Below, piece after piece: positions 12,101 through 27,000 of a DNA stretch of 64,000 bases. The stretch's first letter is position 1. Each line of letters opens with the position of its first letter. The stretch covers positions 209,250,001-209,314,000 of the forward strand of contig OZ024743.1 of the NCBI GenBank assembly GCA_964016885.1, in the 5' to 3' direction. Under the pieces are notes generated by a model, which worked only from the letters and a program-made list of their open reading frames with translations, was not told the origin of the DNA and did no database searches. The translations under genes were made by a program, and so were the position numbers. This DNA is from Eledone cirrhosa. Its lineage: Eukaryota.

Positions 12101-15100
12101 GTTTACCACCCTATGGCCACAGATGAAAGCTCTTCACTCCATAAGATATACCACAGTTTACCATCCTATAGCCACAGATGAAAGCTCTTCACTCCATAAG
12201 ATATACCACAGGTTACCATCCTATAGCCACAGATGAAATCTCTTCACCACATAAGATATACCAGAGTTTACCATCCTCTAACTACAGATGAAAGCTCTTC
12301 ACTCCATAAGATATACCACAGTTTGCCATCCTATGGCCACAGATGAAAGCTCTTCACTCCATAAGATATACCACAGTTTACCATCCTATAGCCACAGATG
12401 AAAGCTCTTCCCTCCATCAGATATACCACAGTTTACCATCCTGTAGCCACAGATGAAAGCTCTTCACTCCATAAGATATACCAGTCTACCACCCTATGGT
12501 CACAAATTAAAGCTCTTCACTCCATAAGATATACCACAGTTTACCATCCTCTAACCACAGATGAAAGCTCTTCACTCCATAAGATAGACCACAGTTTACC
12601 ATCCTATGGTCACAGATTAAAGCTCTTCACTCCATAAGATATACCACAGTTTACCACCCTATGGCCACAGATGAAAGCTCTTCACTCAATAAGATATACC
12701 ACAGTTTAGCCTCCTATAGCCACAGATGAAAGCTCTTCACTCCATAAGATATACCACAGTTTAACATCCTATAGCCACAGATGAAAGCTCTTCACTCCAT
12801 AAGATATACCACAGTCTACCATCCTATAGCCACAGATGAAAGCTCTTCACTCCATAAGATATTCCACAGTTTACCATCCTATAGCCACAGATGAAAGCTC
12901 TTCACTCCATAAGATATACCACAGGTTACCATCCTATAGCCACAGTTGAAAGCTCTTCACCCCATAAGATATACCACAGTTTACCATCCTATAGCCACAC
13001 ATGAAAGCTCTTCACTCCATAAGTTATACCACAGTTTACCATCCTATAGCCACAGATGAAAGCTCTTCACCCCATAAGATATACCACAGTTTACCATCTT
13101 ATAGCCACACATGAAAGCTCTTCACTCCATAAGATATACCACAGTTTACCATCCAATAGCCACACATGAAAGCTCTTCACTCCATAAGATATACCACAGT
13201 TTACCGTCCTATAGCCACAGACGAAAGCTCTTCACTCCATAAGATATACCACAGTTTACCATCCTATAGCCACAGATGAAAGCTCTTCACCCCATAAGAT
13301 ATACCACAGTTTACCATCCTATAGCCACACATGAAAGCTCTTCACTCCATAAGATATACCACAGTTTACCATCCTATAGCCACAGATGAAATCTCTTCAC
13401 CCCATAAGATATACCACAGTTTACCATCCTATAACCACACATGAAAGATCTTCTCTCCTTAAGATATACCACAGTTTACCATCTTATAGCCACACATGAG
13501 AGCTCTTCACTCCATAAGATATACCACAGTTTACCATCCTATGGCCACACATGAAAGCTCTTCACTCCATAAGATATACCACTGTTTACCATCCTATGGC
13601 CACACATGAAAGCTCTTCACCCCATAAGATATACCACAGTTTACCATCCTATAGCCAGATGAAAGCTCTTCACTCCGTAAAATATACCACAGTTTACCAT
13701 CCTATAGCCACACGTGAAAGCTCTTCACTCCATAAGATATACCACAGTTTACCATCCTATAGCCAGATGAAAGCTCTTCACTCCATAAGATATATGACAG
13801 TTTACCATCCTATAGCCACACATGAAATCTCTTCACTCCATAAGATATACCACAGTTTACCATCCTATAGCCAGATGAAAGCTCTTCACTCCGTAAAATA
13901 TACCACAGTTTACCATCCTATAGTCACACATGAAAGCTCTTCACTCCATAAAATATACCACAGTTTACCATCCTATAGCCACACATGAGAGCTCTTCACT
14001 CCATAAGATATACCACTGTTTACCATCCTATAGCCACACATGAGAGCTCTTCACTCCATAAGATATACCACAGTTTACCATCCTATAGCCACACATGAAA
14101 GCTCTTCACTCCATAAGATATACCACTGTTTACCATCCTATAGCCACACATGAGAGCTCTTCACTCCATAAGATATACCACAGTTTACCATCCTATAGCC
14201 ACACATGAAAGCTCTTCACTCCATAAGATATACCACTGTTTACCATCCTATGGCCACACATGAAAGCTTTTCACTCCATATGATATACCACAGTTTACCA
14301 TCCTATAGCCACACATGAGAGCTCTTCACTCCATAAGATATACCACTGTTTACAATCCTATGGCCACACATGAAAGCTCTTCACTCCATAAAATATACCA
14401 CAGTTTACCATCCTATAGCCACAGATGAAAGCTCTTCACTCCATAAGATATACCACAGCTCACCATCCTATAGCCAGATGAAAGCTCTTCACTCCATAAG
14501 ATATACCACAGTTTACAATCCTATAGCCACAGATGAAAGCTCTTGACTCCATAAGATATACCACAGTTTACCATCCTATGGCCACAGATGAAAGCTCTTC
14601 ACTCCATAAGATATACCACAGTTTACCACCCTATGGCCACGGATGAAAGCTCTTCACTCCATAAGATATACCACAGTTTACCATCCTATAGCCACAGATG
14701 AAAGCTCTTCACTCCATAAGATATACCACAGTCTACCACCCTATGGCCACAAATTAAAGCTCTTCACTCCATAAGATATACCACAGTTTACCATCCTCTA
14801 ACCACAGATGAAAGCTCTTCACTCCATAAGATATACCACAGTTTACCATCCTATGGCCACAGATGAAAGCTCTTCACTCCATAAGATACACCACAGTTTA
14901 CCACCCTATGGCCACAGATGAAAGCTCTTCACTCCATAAGATATACCACAGTTTACCATCCTATAGCCACAGATGAAAGCTCTTCACTCCATAAGATATA
15001 CCACAGTTTACCATCCTATAGCCACAGATGAAAGCTCTTCACTCCATAAGATATACCACAGTTTACCATCCTATAGCCACAGATGAAAGCTCTTCACCCC

Positions 15101-18100
15101 ATAGGATATACCACAGTTTACCATCCTATAGCCACACATGAAAGCTCTTCACTCCATAAGATATACCACAGTTTACCATCCTATAGCCACAGATGAAATC
15201 TCTTCACCCCATAAGATATACCACAGTTTACCATCCTATAGCCACACATGAAAGATCTTCACTCCTTAAGATATACCACAGTTTACCATCCTATGGCCAC
15301 ACATGAAAGCTCTTCACCCCACAAGATATACCACAGTTTACCATCCTATAGCCAGATGAAAGCTCTTCACTCCATAAAATATACCACAGTTTACCATCCT
15401 ATAGCCACACGTGAAAGCTCTTCACTCAATAAGATATACCACAGTTTACCATCCTATAGCCAGATGAAAGCTCTTCACTCCATAAGATATATGACAGTTT
15501 ACCATCCTATAGCCACACATGAAATCTCTTCACTCCATAAGATATACCACAGTTTACCATCCTATAGCCAGATGAAAGCTCTTCACTCCGTAAAATATAC
15601 CACAGTTTACCATCCTATAGTCACACATGAAAGCTCTTCACTCCATAAAATATACCACAGTTTACCATCCTATAGCCACACATGAGAGCTCTTCACTCCA
15701 TAAGATATACCACTGTTTACCATCCTATAGCCACACATGAGAGCTCTTCACTCCATAAGATATACCACAGTTTACCATCCTATAGCCACACATGAAAGCT
15801 CTTCACTCCATAAGATATACCACTGTTTACCATCCTATAGCCACACATGAGAGCTCTTCACTCCATAAGATATACCACAGTTTACCATCCTATAGCCACA
15901 CATGAAAGCTCTTCACTCCATAAGATATACCACTGTTTACCATCCTATAGCCACACATGAGAGCTCTTCACTCCATAAGATATACCACAGTTTACCATCC
16001 TATGGCCACACATGAAAGCTCTTCACTCCATAAGATATACCACTGTTTACCATCCTATGGCCACACATGAAAGCTTTTCACTCCATATGATATACCACAG
16101 TTTACCATCCTATAGCCACACATGAAAGCTCTTCACTCAATAAGATATACCACTGTTTACAATCCTATGGCCACACATGAAAGCTCTTCACTCCATAAAA
16201 TATACCACAGTTTACCATCCTATAGCCACAGATGAAAGCTCTTCACTCCATAAGATATACCACAGCTCACCATCCTATAGCCAGATGAAAGCTCTTCACT
16301 CCATAAGATATACCACAGTTTACAATCCTATAGCCACAGATGAAAGCTCTTGACTCCATAAGATATACCACAGTTTACCATCCTATGGCCACAGATGAAA
16401 GCTCTTCACTCCATAAGATATACCACAGTTTACCATCCTATGGCCACAGATGAAAGCTCTTCACTCCATAAGATATACCACAGTTTACCACCCTATGGCC
16501 ACGGATGAAAGCTCTTCACTCCATAAGATATACCACAGTTTACCATCCTATAGCCACAGATGAAAGCTCTTCACTCCATAAGATATACCACAGTCTACCA
16601 CCCTATGGCCACAAATTAAAGCTCTTCACTCCATAAGATATACCACAGTTTACCATCCTCTTACCACAGATGAAAGCTCTTCACTCCATAAGATATACCA
16701 CAGTTTACCATCCTATGGCCACAGATGAAAGCTCTTCACTCCATAAGATATACCACAGTTTACCACCCTATGGCCACAGATGAAAGCTCTTCACTCCATA
16801 AGATATACCACAGTTTACCATCCTATAGCCACAGATGAAAGCTCTTCACTCCATAAGATATACCACAGTTTACCATCCTATAACCACAGATGAAAGCTCT
16901 TCACTCCATAAGATATACCACAGTTTACCACCCTATGGCCACGGATGAAAGCTCTTCACTCCATAAGATATACCACAGTTTACCATCCTATGGCCACAGA
17001 TGAAAGCTCTTCACTCCATAAGATATACCACAGTTTACCATCCTATGGCCACAGATGAAAGCTCTTCACTCCATAAGATATACCACAGTTTACCACCCTA
17101 TGGCCACAGATGAAAGCTCTTCACTCCATAAGATATACCACAGTTTACCATCCTATAGCCACAGATGAAAGCTCTTCACTCCATAAGATATACCACAGTT
17201 TACCATCCTATAACCACAGATGAAAGCTCTTCACTCCATAAGATATACCACAGTTTACCATCCTATAGCCACAGATGAAAGCTCTTCACTCCATAAGATA
17301 TACCACAGTCTAACAACCCTATGGCCACAAATTAAAGCTCTTCACTACATAAGATATACCACAGTTTACCATCCTCTAACTACAGATGAAAGCTCTTCAC
17401 TCCATAAGATATACCACAGTTTACCATCCTATGGCCACAGATGAAAGCTTTTCACTCCATAAGATATACCACAGTTTACCACCCTATGGCCACAGATGAA
17501 AGCTCTTCACTCCATAAGATATACCACAGTTTACCATCCTATAGCCACAGATGAAAGCTCTTCACTCCATAAGATATACCACAGGTTACCATCCTATAGC
17601 CACAGATGAAATCTCTTCACCACATAAGATATACCAGAGTTTACCATCCTCTAACTACAGATGAAAGCTCTTCACTCCATAAGATATACCACAGTTTGCC
17701 ATCCTATGGCCACAGATGAAAGCTCTTCACTCCATAAGATATACCACAGTTTACCATCCTATAGCCACAGATGAAAGCTCTTCCCTCCATCAGATATACC
17801 ACAGTTTACCATCCTGTAGCCACAGATGAAAGCTCTTCACTCCATAAGATATACCAGTCTACCACCCTATGGTCACAAATTAAAGCTCTTCACTCCATAA
17901 GATATACCACAGTTTACCATCCTCTAACCACAGATGAAAGCTCTTCACTCCATAAGATAGACCACAGTTTACCATCCTATGGCCACAGATTAAAGCTCTT
18001 CACTCCATAAGATATACCACAGTTTACCACCCTATGGCCACAGATGAAAGCTCTTCACTCAATAAGATATACCACAGTTTAGCCTCCTATAGCCACAGAT

Positions 18101-21100
18101 GAAAGCTCTTCACTCCATAAGATATACCACAGTTTAACATCCTATAGCCACAGATGAAAGCTCTTCACTCCATAAGATATACCACAGTCTACCATCCTAT
18201 AGCCACAGATGAAAGCTCTTCACTCCATAAGATATTCCACAGTTTACCATCCTATAGCCACAGATGAAAGCTCTTCACTCCATAAGATATACCACAGGTT
18301 ACCATCCTATAGCCACAGTTGAAAGCTCTTCACCCCATAAGATATACCACAGTTTACCATCCTATAGCCACACATGAAAGCTCTTCACTCCATAAGTTAT
18401 ACCACAGTTTACCATCCTATAGCCACAGATGAAAGCTCTTCACCCCATAAGATATACCACAGTTTACCATCTTATAGCCACACATGAAAGCTCTTCACTC
18501 CATAAGATATACCACAGTTTACCATCCAATAGCCACACATGAAAGCTCTTCACTCCATAAGATATACCACAGTTTACCGTCCTATAGCCACAGACGAAAG
18601 CTCTTCACTCCATAAGATATACCACAGTTTACCATCCTATAGCCACAGATGAAAGCTCTTCACCCCATAAGATATACCACAGTTTACCATCCTATAGCCA
18701 CACATGAAAGCTCTTCACTCCATAAGATATACCACAGTTTACCATCCTATAGCCACAGATGAAATCTCTTCACCCCATAAGATATACCACAGTTTACCAT
18801 CCTATAACCACACATGAAAGATCTTCTCTCCTTAAGATATACCACAGTTTACCATCTTATAGCCACACATGAGAGCTCTTCACTCCATAAGATATACCAC
18901 AGTTTACCATCCTATGGCCACACATGAAAGCTCTTCACTCCATAAGATATACCACTGTTTACCATCCTATGGCCACACATGAAAGCTCTTCACCCCATAA
19001 GATATACCACAGTTTACCATCCTATAGCCAGATGAAAGCTCTTCACTCCGTAAAATATACCACAGTTTACCATCCTATAGCCACACGTGAAAGCTCTTCA
19101 CTCCATAAGATATACCACAGTTTACCATCCTATAGCCAGATGAAAGCTCTTCACTCCATAAGATATATGACAGTTTACCATCCTATAGCCACACATGAAA
19201 TCTCTTCACTCCATAAGATATACCACAGTTTACCATCCTATAGCCAGATGAAAGCTCTTCACTCCGTAAAATATACCACAGTTTACCATCCTATAGTCAC
19301 ACATGAAAGCTCTTCACTCCATAAAATATACCACAGTTTACCATCCTATAGCCACACATGAGAGCTCTTCACTCCATAAGATATACCACTGTTTACCATC
19401 CTATAGCCACACATGAGAGCTCTTCACTCCATAAGATATACCACAGTTTACCATCCTATAGCCACACATGAAAGCTCTTCACTCCATAAGATATACCACT
19501 GTTTACCATCCTATAGCCACACATGAGAGCTCTTCACTCCATAAGATATACCACAGTTTACCATCCTATAGCCACACATGAAAGCTCTTCACTCCATAAG
19601 ATATACCACTGTTTACCATCCTATGGCCACACATGAAAGCTTTTCACTCCATATGATATACCACAGTTTACCATCCTATAGCCACACATGAGAGCTCTTC
19701 ACTCCATAAGATATACCACTGTTTACAATCCTATGGCCACACATGAAAGCTCTTCACTCCATAAAATATACCACAGTTTACCATCCTATAGCCACAGATG
19801 AAAGCTCTTCACTCCATAAGATATACCACAGCTCACCATCCTATAGCCAGATGAAAGCTCTTCACTCCATAAGATATACCACAGTTTACAATCCTATAGC
19901 CACAGATGAAAGCTCTTGACTCCATAAGATATACCACAGTTTACCATCCTATGGCCACAGATGAAAGCTCTTCACTCCATAAGATATACCACAGTTTACC
20001 ACCCTATGGCCACGGATGAAAGCTCTTCACTCCATAAGATATACCACAGTTTACCATCCTATAGCCACAGATGAAAGCTCTTCACTCCATAAGATATACC
20101 ACAGTCTACCACCCTATGGCCACAAATTAAAGCTCTTCACTCCATAAGATATACCACAGTTTACCATCCTCTAACCACAGATGAAAGCTCTTCACTCCAT
20201 AAGATATACCACAGTTTACCATCCTATGGCCACAGATGAAAGCTCTTCACTCCATAAGATACACCACAGTTTACCACCCTATGGCCACAGATGAAAGCTC
20301 TTCACTCCATAAGATATACCACAGTTTACCATCCTATAGCCACAGATGAAAGCTCTTCACTCCATAAGATATACCACAGTTTACCATCCTATAGCCACAG
20401 ATGAAAGCTCTTCACTCCATAAGATATACCACAGTTTACCATCCTATAGCCACAGATGAAAGCTCTTCACCCCATAGGATATACCACAGTTTACCATCCT
20501 ATAGCCACACATGAAAGCTCTTCACTCCATAAGATATACCACAGTTTACCATCCTATAGCCACAGATGAAATCTCTTCACCCCATAAGATATACCACAGT
20601 TTACCATCCTATAGCCACACATGAAAGATCTTCACTCCTTAAGATATACCACAGTTTACCATCCTATGGCCACACATGAAAGCTCTTCACCCCACAAGAT
20701 ATACCACAGTTTACCATCCTATAGCCAGATGAAAGCTCTTCACTCCATAAAATATACCACAGTTTACCATCCTATAGCCACACGTGAAAGCTCTTCACTC
20801 AATAAGATATACCACAGTTTACCATCCTATAGCCAGATGAAAGCTCTTCACTCCGTAAAATATACCACAGTTTACCATCCTATAGTCACACATGAAAGCT
20901 CTTCACTCCATAAAATATACCACAGTTTACCATCCTATAGCCACACATGAGAGCTCTTCACTCCATAAGATATACCACTGTTTACCATCCTATAGCCACA
21001 CATGAGAGCTCTTCACTCCATAAGATATACCACAGTTTACCATCCTATAGCCACACATGAAAGCTCTTCACTCCATAAGATATACCACTGTTTACCATCC

Positions 21101-22700
21101 TATAGCCACACATGAGAGCTCTTCACTCCATAAGATATACCACAGTTTACCATCCTATAGCCACACATGAAAGCTCTTCACTCCATAAGATATACCACTG
21201 TTTACCATCCTATAGCCACACATGAGAGCTCTTCACTCCATAAGATATACCACAGTTTACCATCCTATGGCCACACATGAAAGCTCTTCACTCCATAAGA
21301 TATACCACTGTTTACCATCCTATGGCCACACATGAAAGCTTTTCACTCCATATGATATACCACAGTTTACCATCCTATAGCCACACATGAAAGCTCTTCA
21401 CTCAATAAGATATACCACTGTTTACAATCCTATGGCCACACATGAAAGCTCTTCACTCCATAAAATATACCACAGTTTACCATCCTATAGCCACAGATGA
21501 AAGCTCTTCACTCCATAAGATATACCACAGCTCACCATCCTATAGCCAGATGAAAGCTCTTCACTCCATAAGATATACCACAGTTTACAATCCTATAGCC
21601 ACAGATGAAAGCTCTTGACTCCATAAGATATACCACAGTTTACCATCCTATGGCCACAGATGAAAGCTCTTCACTCCATAAGATATACCACAGTTTACCA
21701 TCCTATGGCCACAGATGAAAGCTCTTCACTCCATAAGATATACCACAGTTTACCACCCTATGGCCACGGATGAAAGCTCTTCACTCCATAAGATATACCA
21801 CAGTTTACCATCCTATAGCCACAGATGAAAGCTCTTCACTCCATAAGATATACCACAGTCGACCACCCTATGGCCACAAATTAAAGCTCTTCACTCCATA
21901 AGATATACCACAGTTTACCATCCTCTTACCACAGATGAAAGCTCTTCACTCCATAAGATATACCACAGTTTACCATCCTATGGCCACAGATGAAAGCTCT
22001 TCACTCCATAAGATATACCACAATTTACCACCCTATGGCCACAGATGAAAGCTCTTCACTCCATAAGATATACCACAGTTTACCATCCTATAGCCACAGA
22101 TGAAAGCTCTTCACTCCATAAGATATACCACAGTTTACCATCCTATAGCCACAGATGAAAGCTCTTCACTCCATAAGATATACCACAGTTTACCATCCTA
22201 TAGCCACAGATGAAAGCTCTTCACTCCATAAGATATACCACAGTCTAACAACCCTATGGCCACAAATTAAAGCTCTTCACTACATAAGATATACCACAGT
22301 TTACCATCCTCTAACTACAGATGAAAGCTCTTCACTCCATAAGATATACCACAGTTTACCATCCTATGGCCACAGATGAAAGCTTTTCACTCCATAAGAT
22401 ATACCACAGTTTACCACCCTATGGCCACAGATGAAAGCTCTTCACTCCATAAGATATACCACAGTTTACCATCCTATAGCCACAGATGAAAGCTCTTCAC
22501 TCCATAAGATATACCACAGGTTACCATCCTATAGCCACAGATGAAATCTCTTCACCACATAAGATATACCAGAGTTTACCATCCTCTAACTACAGATGAA
22601 AGCTCTTCACTCCATAAGATATACCACAGTTTACCATCCTATGGCCACAGATGAAAGCTCTTCACTCCATAAGATATACCACAGTTTACCATCCTATAGC
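9200..22700 (+). repeat. Higher-order repeat, 5373-bp period (98 monomers), about 2.5 tandem copies
   Basis: The offset is a constant 5373 for 9875/15248/20621, 11847/17220, 12398/17771 and 13551/18924. The arithmetic closes: 98x55, minus nine 2-bp deletions, plus one 1-bp insertion, equals 5373. The third copy lacks 108+330 bp (17220 to 22155 = 4935). Confidence 0.93.
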
Positions 22701-24099
22701 CACAAATGAAAGCTCTTCACTCCATAAGATATACCACAGTTTACCATCCTATAGCCACAAATGAAAGCTCTTCACTCCATAAGATATACCACAGTTTACC
22801 ATCCTATAGCCACAAATGAAAGCTCTTCACTCCATAAGATATACCACAGTTTACCATCCTATAGCCACAGATGAAAGCTCTTCACCCCATAAGATATACC
22901 ACAGTTTACCATCTTATAGCCACACATGAAAGCTCTTCACTCCATAAGATATACCACAGTTTACCATCCTATAGCCACAAATGAAAGCTCTTCACTCCAT
23001 AAGATATACCACAATTTACCATCCTATAGCCACAGATGAAAGCTCTTCACCATATAAGATATACCAATTTTACCATCCTATAGCCACACATGAAAGCTCT
23101 TCACCCCATAAGATATACCACAGTTTACCATTCTATTGCCACACATGAAAGCTCTTCACTCCATAAGATGTACCGCAGTTTACCATCCTATAGCCACACA
23201 TGAAAGCTTTTCACTCCATAAGATATACCACAGTTTACCATCCTATAGCCACAGATGAAAGCTCTTCACTCCATAAGATATACCACAGTTTACCATCCTA
23301 TAGCCACACATGAAAGCACTTCACACCATATGATATACCTCAGTTTACCATCCTATAGCCACAGATGAAAGCTCTTCACTCCATACGATATACGACAGTT
23401 TACCATCCTATAGCCACACATGAAATCTCTTCACTCCATATGATATACCTCAGTTTACCATCCTATAGCCACAGATGAAAGCTCTTCACTCCATAAGATA
23501 TACCACAGTTTACCATCCTATATCCATACATGAAAGCTCTTCACTCCATAAGATATACCACTGTTTACCATCCTATAGCCACAGATGAAAGCTCTTCACT
23601 CCATAAGATATACCACAGTCTACCATCCTATAGCCACAGATGAAAGCTCTTCACTCCATAAGATATTCCACAGTTTACCATCCTATAGCCACAGATGAAA
23701 GCTCTTCACTCCATAAGATATACCACAGGTTACCATCCTATAGCCACAGATGAAAGCTCTTCACCCCATAAGATATACCAGAGTCTACCATCCTATAGCC
23801 ACACATGAAAGCTCTTCACTCCATAAGATATACCACAGTTTACCATCCTATAGCCACAAATGAAAGCTCTTCACTCCATAAGATATACCACAATTTACCA
23901 TCCTATAGCCACAGATGAAAGCTCTTCACCACATAAGATATACCACAATTTACCATCCTATAGCCACAGATGAAAGCTCTTCACCCCATAAGATATACCA
24001 GAGTTTACCATCCTATAGCCACACATGAAAGCTCTTCACCCCATAAGATATACCACAGTTTACCATCCTATAGCCAGATGAAAGCTCTTCACCCCATAA

Positions 24100-27000
24100 G
24101 ATATACCAGAGTTTACCATCCTATAGCCACACATGAAAGCTCTTCACTCCATAAGATATACCACAGTTTACCATCCTATAGCCACAGATGAAAGCTCTTC
24201 ACCCCATAAAATATACCACAGTTTATCATCTTATAGCCACACATGAAAGCTCTTCACTCCATAAGATATACCACAGTTTACCATCCTATAGCCACAAATG
24301 AAAGCTCTTCACTCCATAAGATATACCACAATTTACAATCCTATAGCCACAGATGAAAGCTCTTCACCACATAAGATATACCACAATTTACCATCCTATA
24401 GCCACAGATGAAAGCTCTTCACTCCATAAGATATACCACAGTCTACCACCCTATGGCCACAAATTAAAGCTCTTCACTCCATAAGATATACCACAGTTTA
24501 CCATCCTCTAACCACAGATGAAAGCTCTTCACTCCATAAGATATACCACAGTTTACCATCCTATGGCCACAGATGAAAGCTCTACACTCCATAAGATATA
24601 CCACAGTTTACCACCCTATGGCCACAGATGAAAGCTCTTCACTCAATAAGATATACCACAGTTTACCATCCTATAGCCACAGATGAAAGCTCTTCACTCC
24701 ATAAGATATACCACAGTCTACCATGTTATAGCCACAGATGAAAGCTCTTCACTGCATAAGATATTCCACAGTTTACCATCCTATAGCCACAGATGAAAGC
24801 TCTTCACTCCATAAGATATACCACAGGTTACCATCCTATAGCCACAGATGAAAGCTCTTCACCCCATAAGATATACCACAGTTTACCATCCTATAGCCAC
24901 ACATGAAAGCTCTTCACTCCATAAGATATACCACAGTTTACCATCCTATAGCCACAGATGAAAGCTCTTCACCCCATAGGATATACCACAGTTTACCATC
25001 CTATAGCCACACATGAAAGCTCTTCACTCCATAAGATATACCACAGTTTACCATCCTATAGCCACACATGAAAGCTCTTCACTCCATAAGATATACCACA
25101 ATTTATCATCCTATAGCCACAGATGAAAGCTCTTCACCACATAAGATATACCACAGTTTACCATCCTATAGCCACACATGAAAGCTCTTCACCCCATAAG
25201 ATATACCACAGTTTACCATCCTATTGCCACACATGAAAGCTCTTCACTCCATAAGATATACCACAGTTTACCATCCTATAGCCACACATGAAAGCTCTTC
25301 ACTCCATAAGATATACCACAATTTACCATCCTATAGCCACAGATGAAAGCTCTTCACCACATAAGATATACCACAGTTTACCATCCTATAGCCACACATG
25401 AAAGCTCTTCACCCCATAAGATATACGACAGTTTACCATCCTATAGCCACACATGAAAGCTCTTCACTCCATAAGATATACCTCACTTTACCATCCTATA
25501 GCCACAGATGAAAGCTCTTCACTCCATAAGATATAGCACAGTTTACCATCCTATAGCCACACATGAAAGCTCTTCACGCAATAAGATATACCTCACTTTA
25601 CCATCCTATAGCCACAGAAGAAAGCTCTTCACTCCATAAGATATACCACAGTTTACAATCCTATAGCCACACATGAGAGCTCTTCACTCCATAAGATATA
25701 CCACAGTTTACCATCCTATGGCCACACATGAAAGCTCTTCACCCCATAGGATATACCACAGTTTACCATCCTATAGCCACACATGAAAGCTCTTCACTAC
25801 ATAAAATATACCACAGTTTACCATCCTATAGCCACAGATGAAAGCTCTTCACTCCATAAGATATACCACAGTTTACCATCCTATAGCCTGATGAAAGCTC
25901 TTCACTCCATAAGATATACCACATTTTACCACCCTATGGCCACAGATGAAAGCTCTTCACTCCATGAGATATACCACAGTTTACCATCCTATAGCCACGC
26001 CACGGATGAAAGCTCTTCACTCCATAAGATATACCACAGCTTACAATCCTATGGCCACAGATTAAAGCTCTTCATTCCATATGATATACCACAGTTTACC
26101 ATCCTATGGCCACAGATGAAAGCTCTTCACTCCATAAGATATACCACAGTTTACCACCCTATAGCCACAGATGAAAGCTCTTCACCCCATAAGATATACC
26201 ACAGTTTACCATTCTATAGCCACACATGAAAGCTCTTCACATCATAAGATATACCACAGTTTACCATATTATTGCCACACATGAAAGCTCTTCACTCCAT
26301 AAGATATACCACAGTTTACCATCCTATAGCCAGATGAAAGCTCTTCACACCATAAGATATACGACAGTTTACCATCCTATAGCCACACATGAAATCTCTT
26401 CACGCCATAAGATATACCTCAGTTTACCATCCTATAGCCACAGATGAAAGCTCTTCACTCCATAAGATATACCACAGTTTACCATCCTATAGCCACACAT
26501 GAGAGCTCTTCATTCCATAAGATATACCACAGTTTACCATCCTATGGCCACACATGAAAGCTCTTCACCCCATAAGATATACCACAGTTTACCATCCTAT
26601 AGCCAGATGAAAGCTCTTCACTCCGTAAAATATACCACAGTTTACCATCCTATAGCCACACATGAAAGCTCTTCACTCCATAAGATATACCTCAGTTTAC
26701 CATCCTATAGCCACAGATGAAAGCTCTTCACTCCATAAGATATACCACAGTTTACCATCCTATAGCCACACATGAAAGCTCTTCACGGCATAAGATATAC
26801 CTCAGTTTAGCATCCAATAGCCACAGATGAAAGCTCTTCACTCCATAAGATATACCACAGTTTACCATCCTATAGCCAGATGAAAGCTCTTCACTCCATA
26901 AAATATACCACAGTTTACCATCCTATAGCCACAGATGAAAGCTCTTCACTCCATAAGATATACCACAGTTTACCATCATATAGCCAGATGAAAGCTCTTC

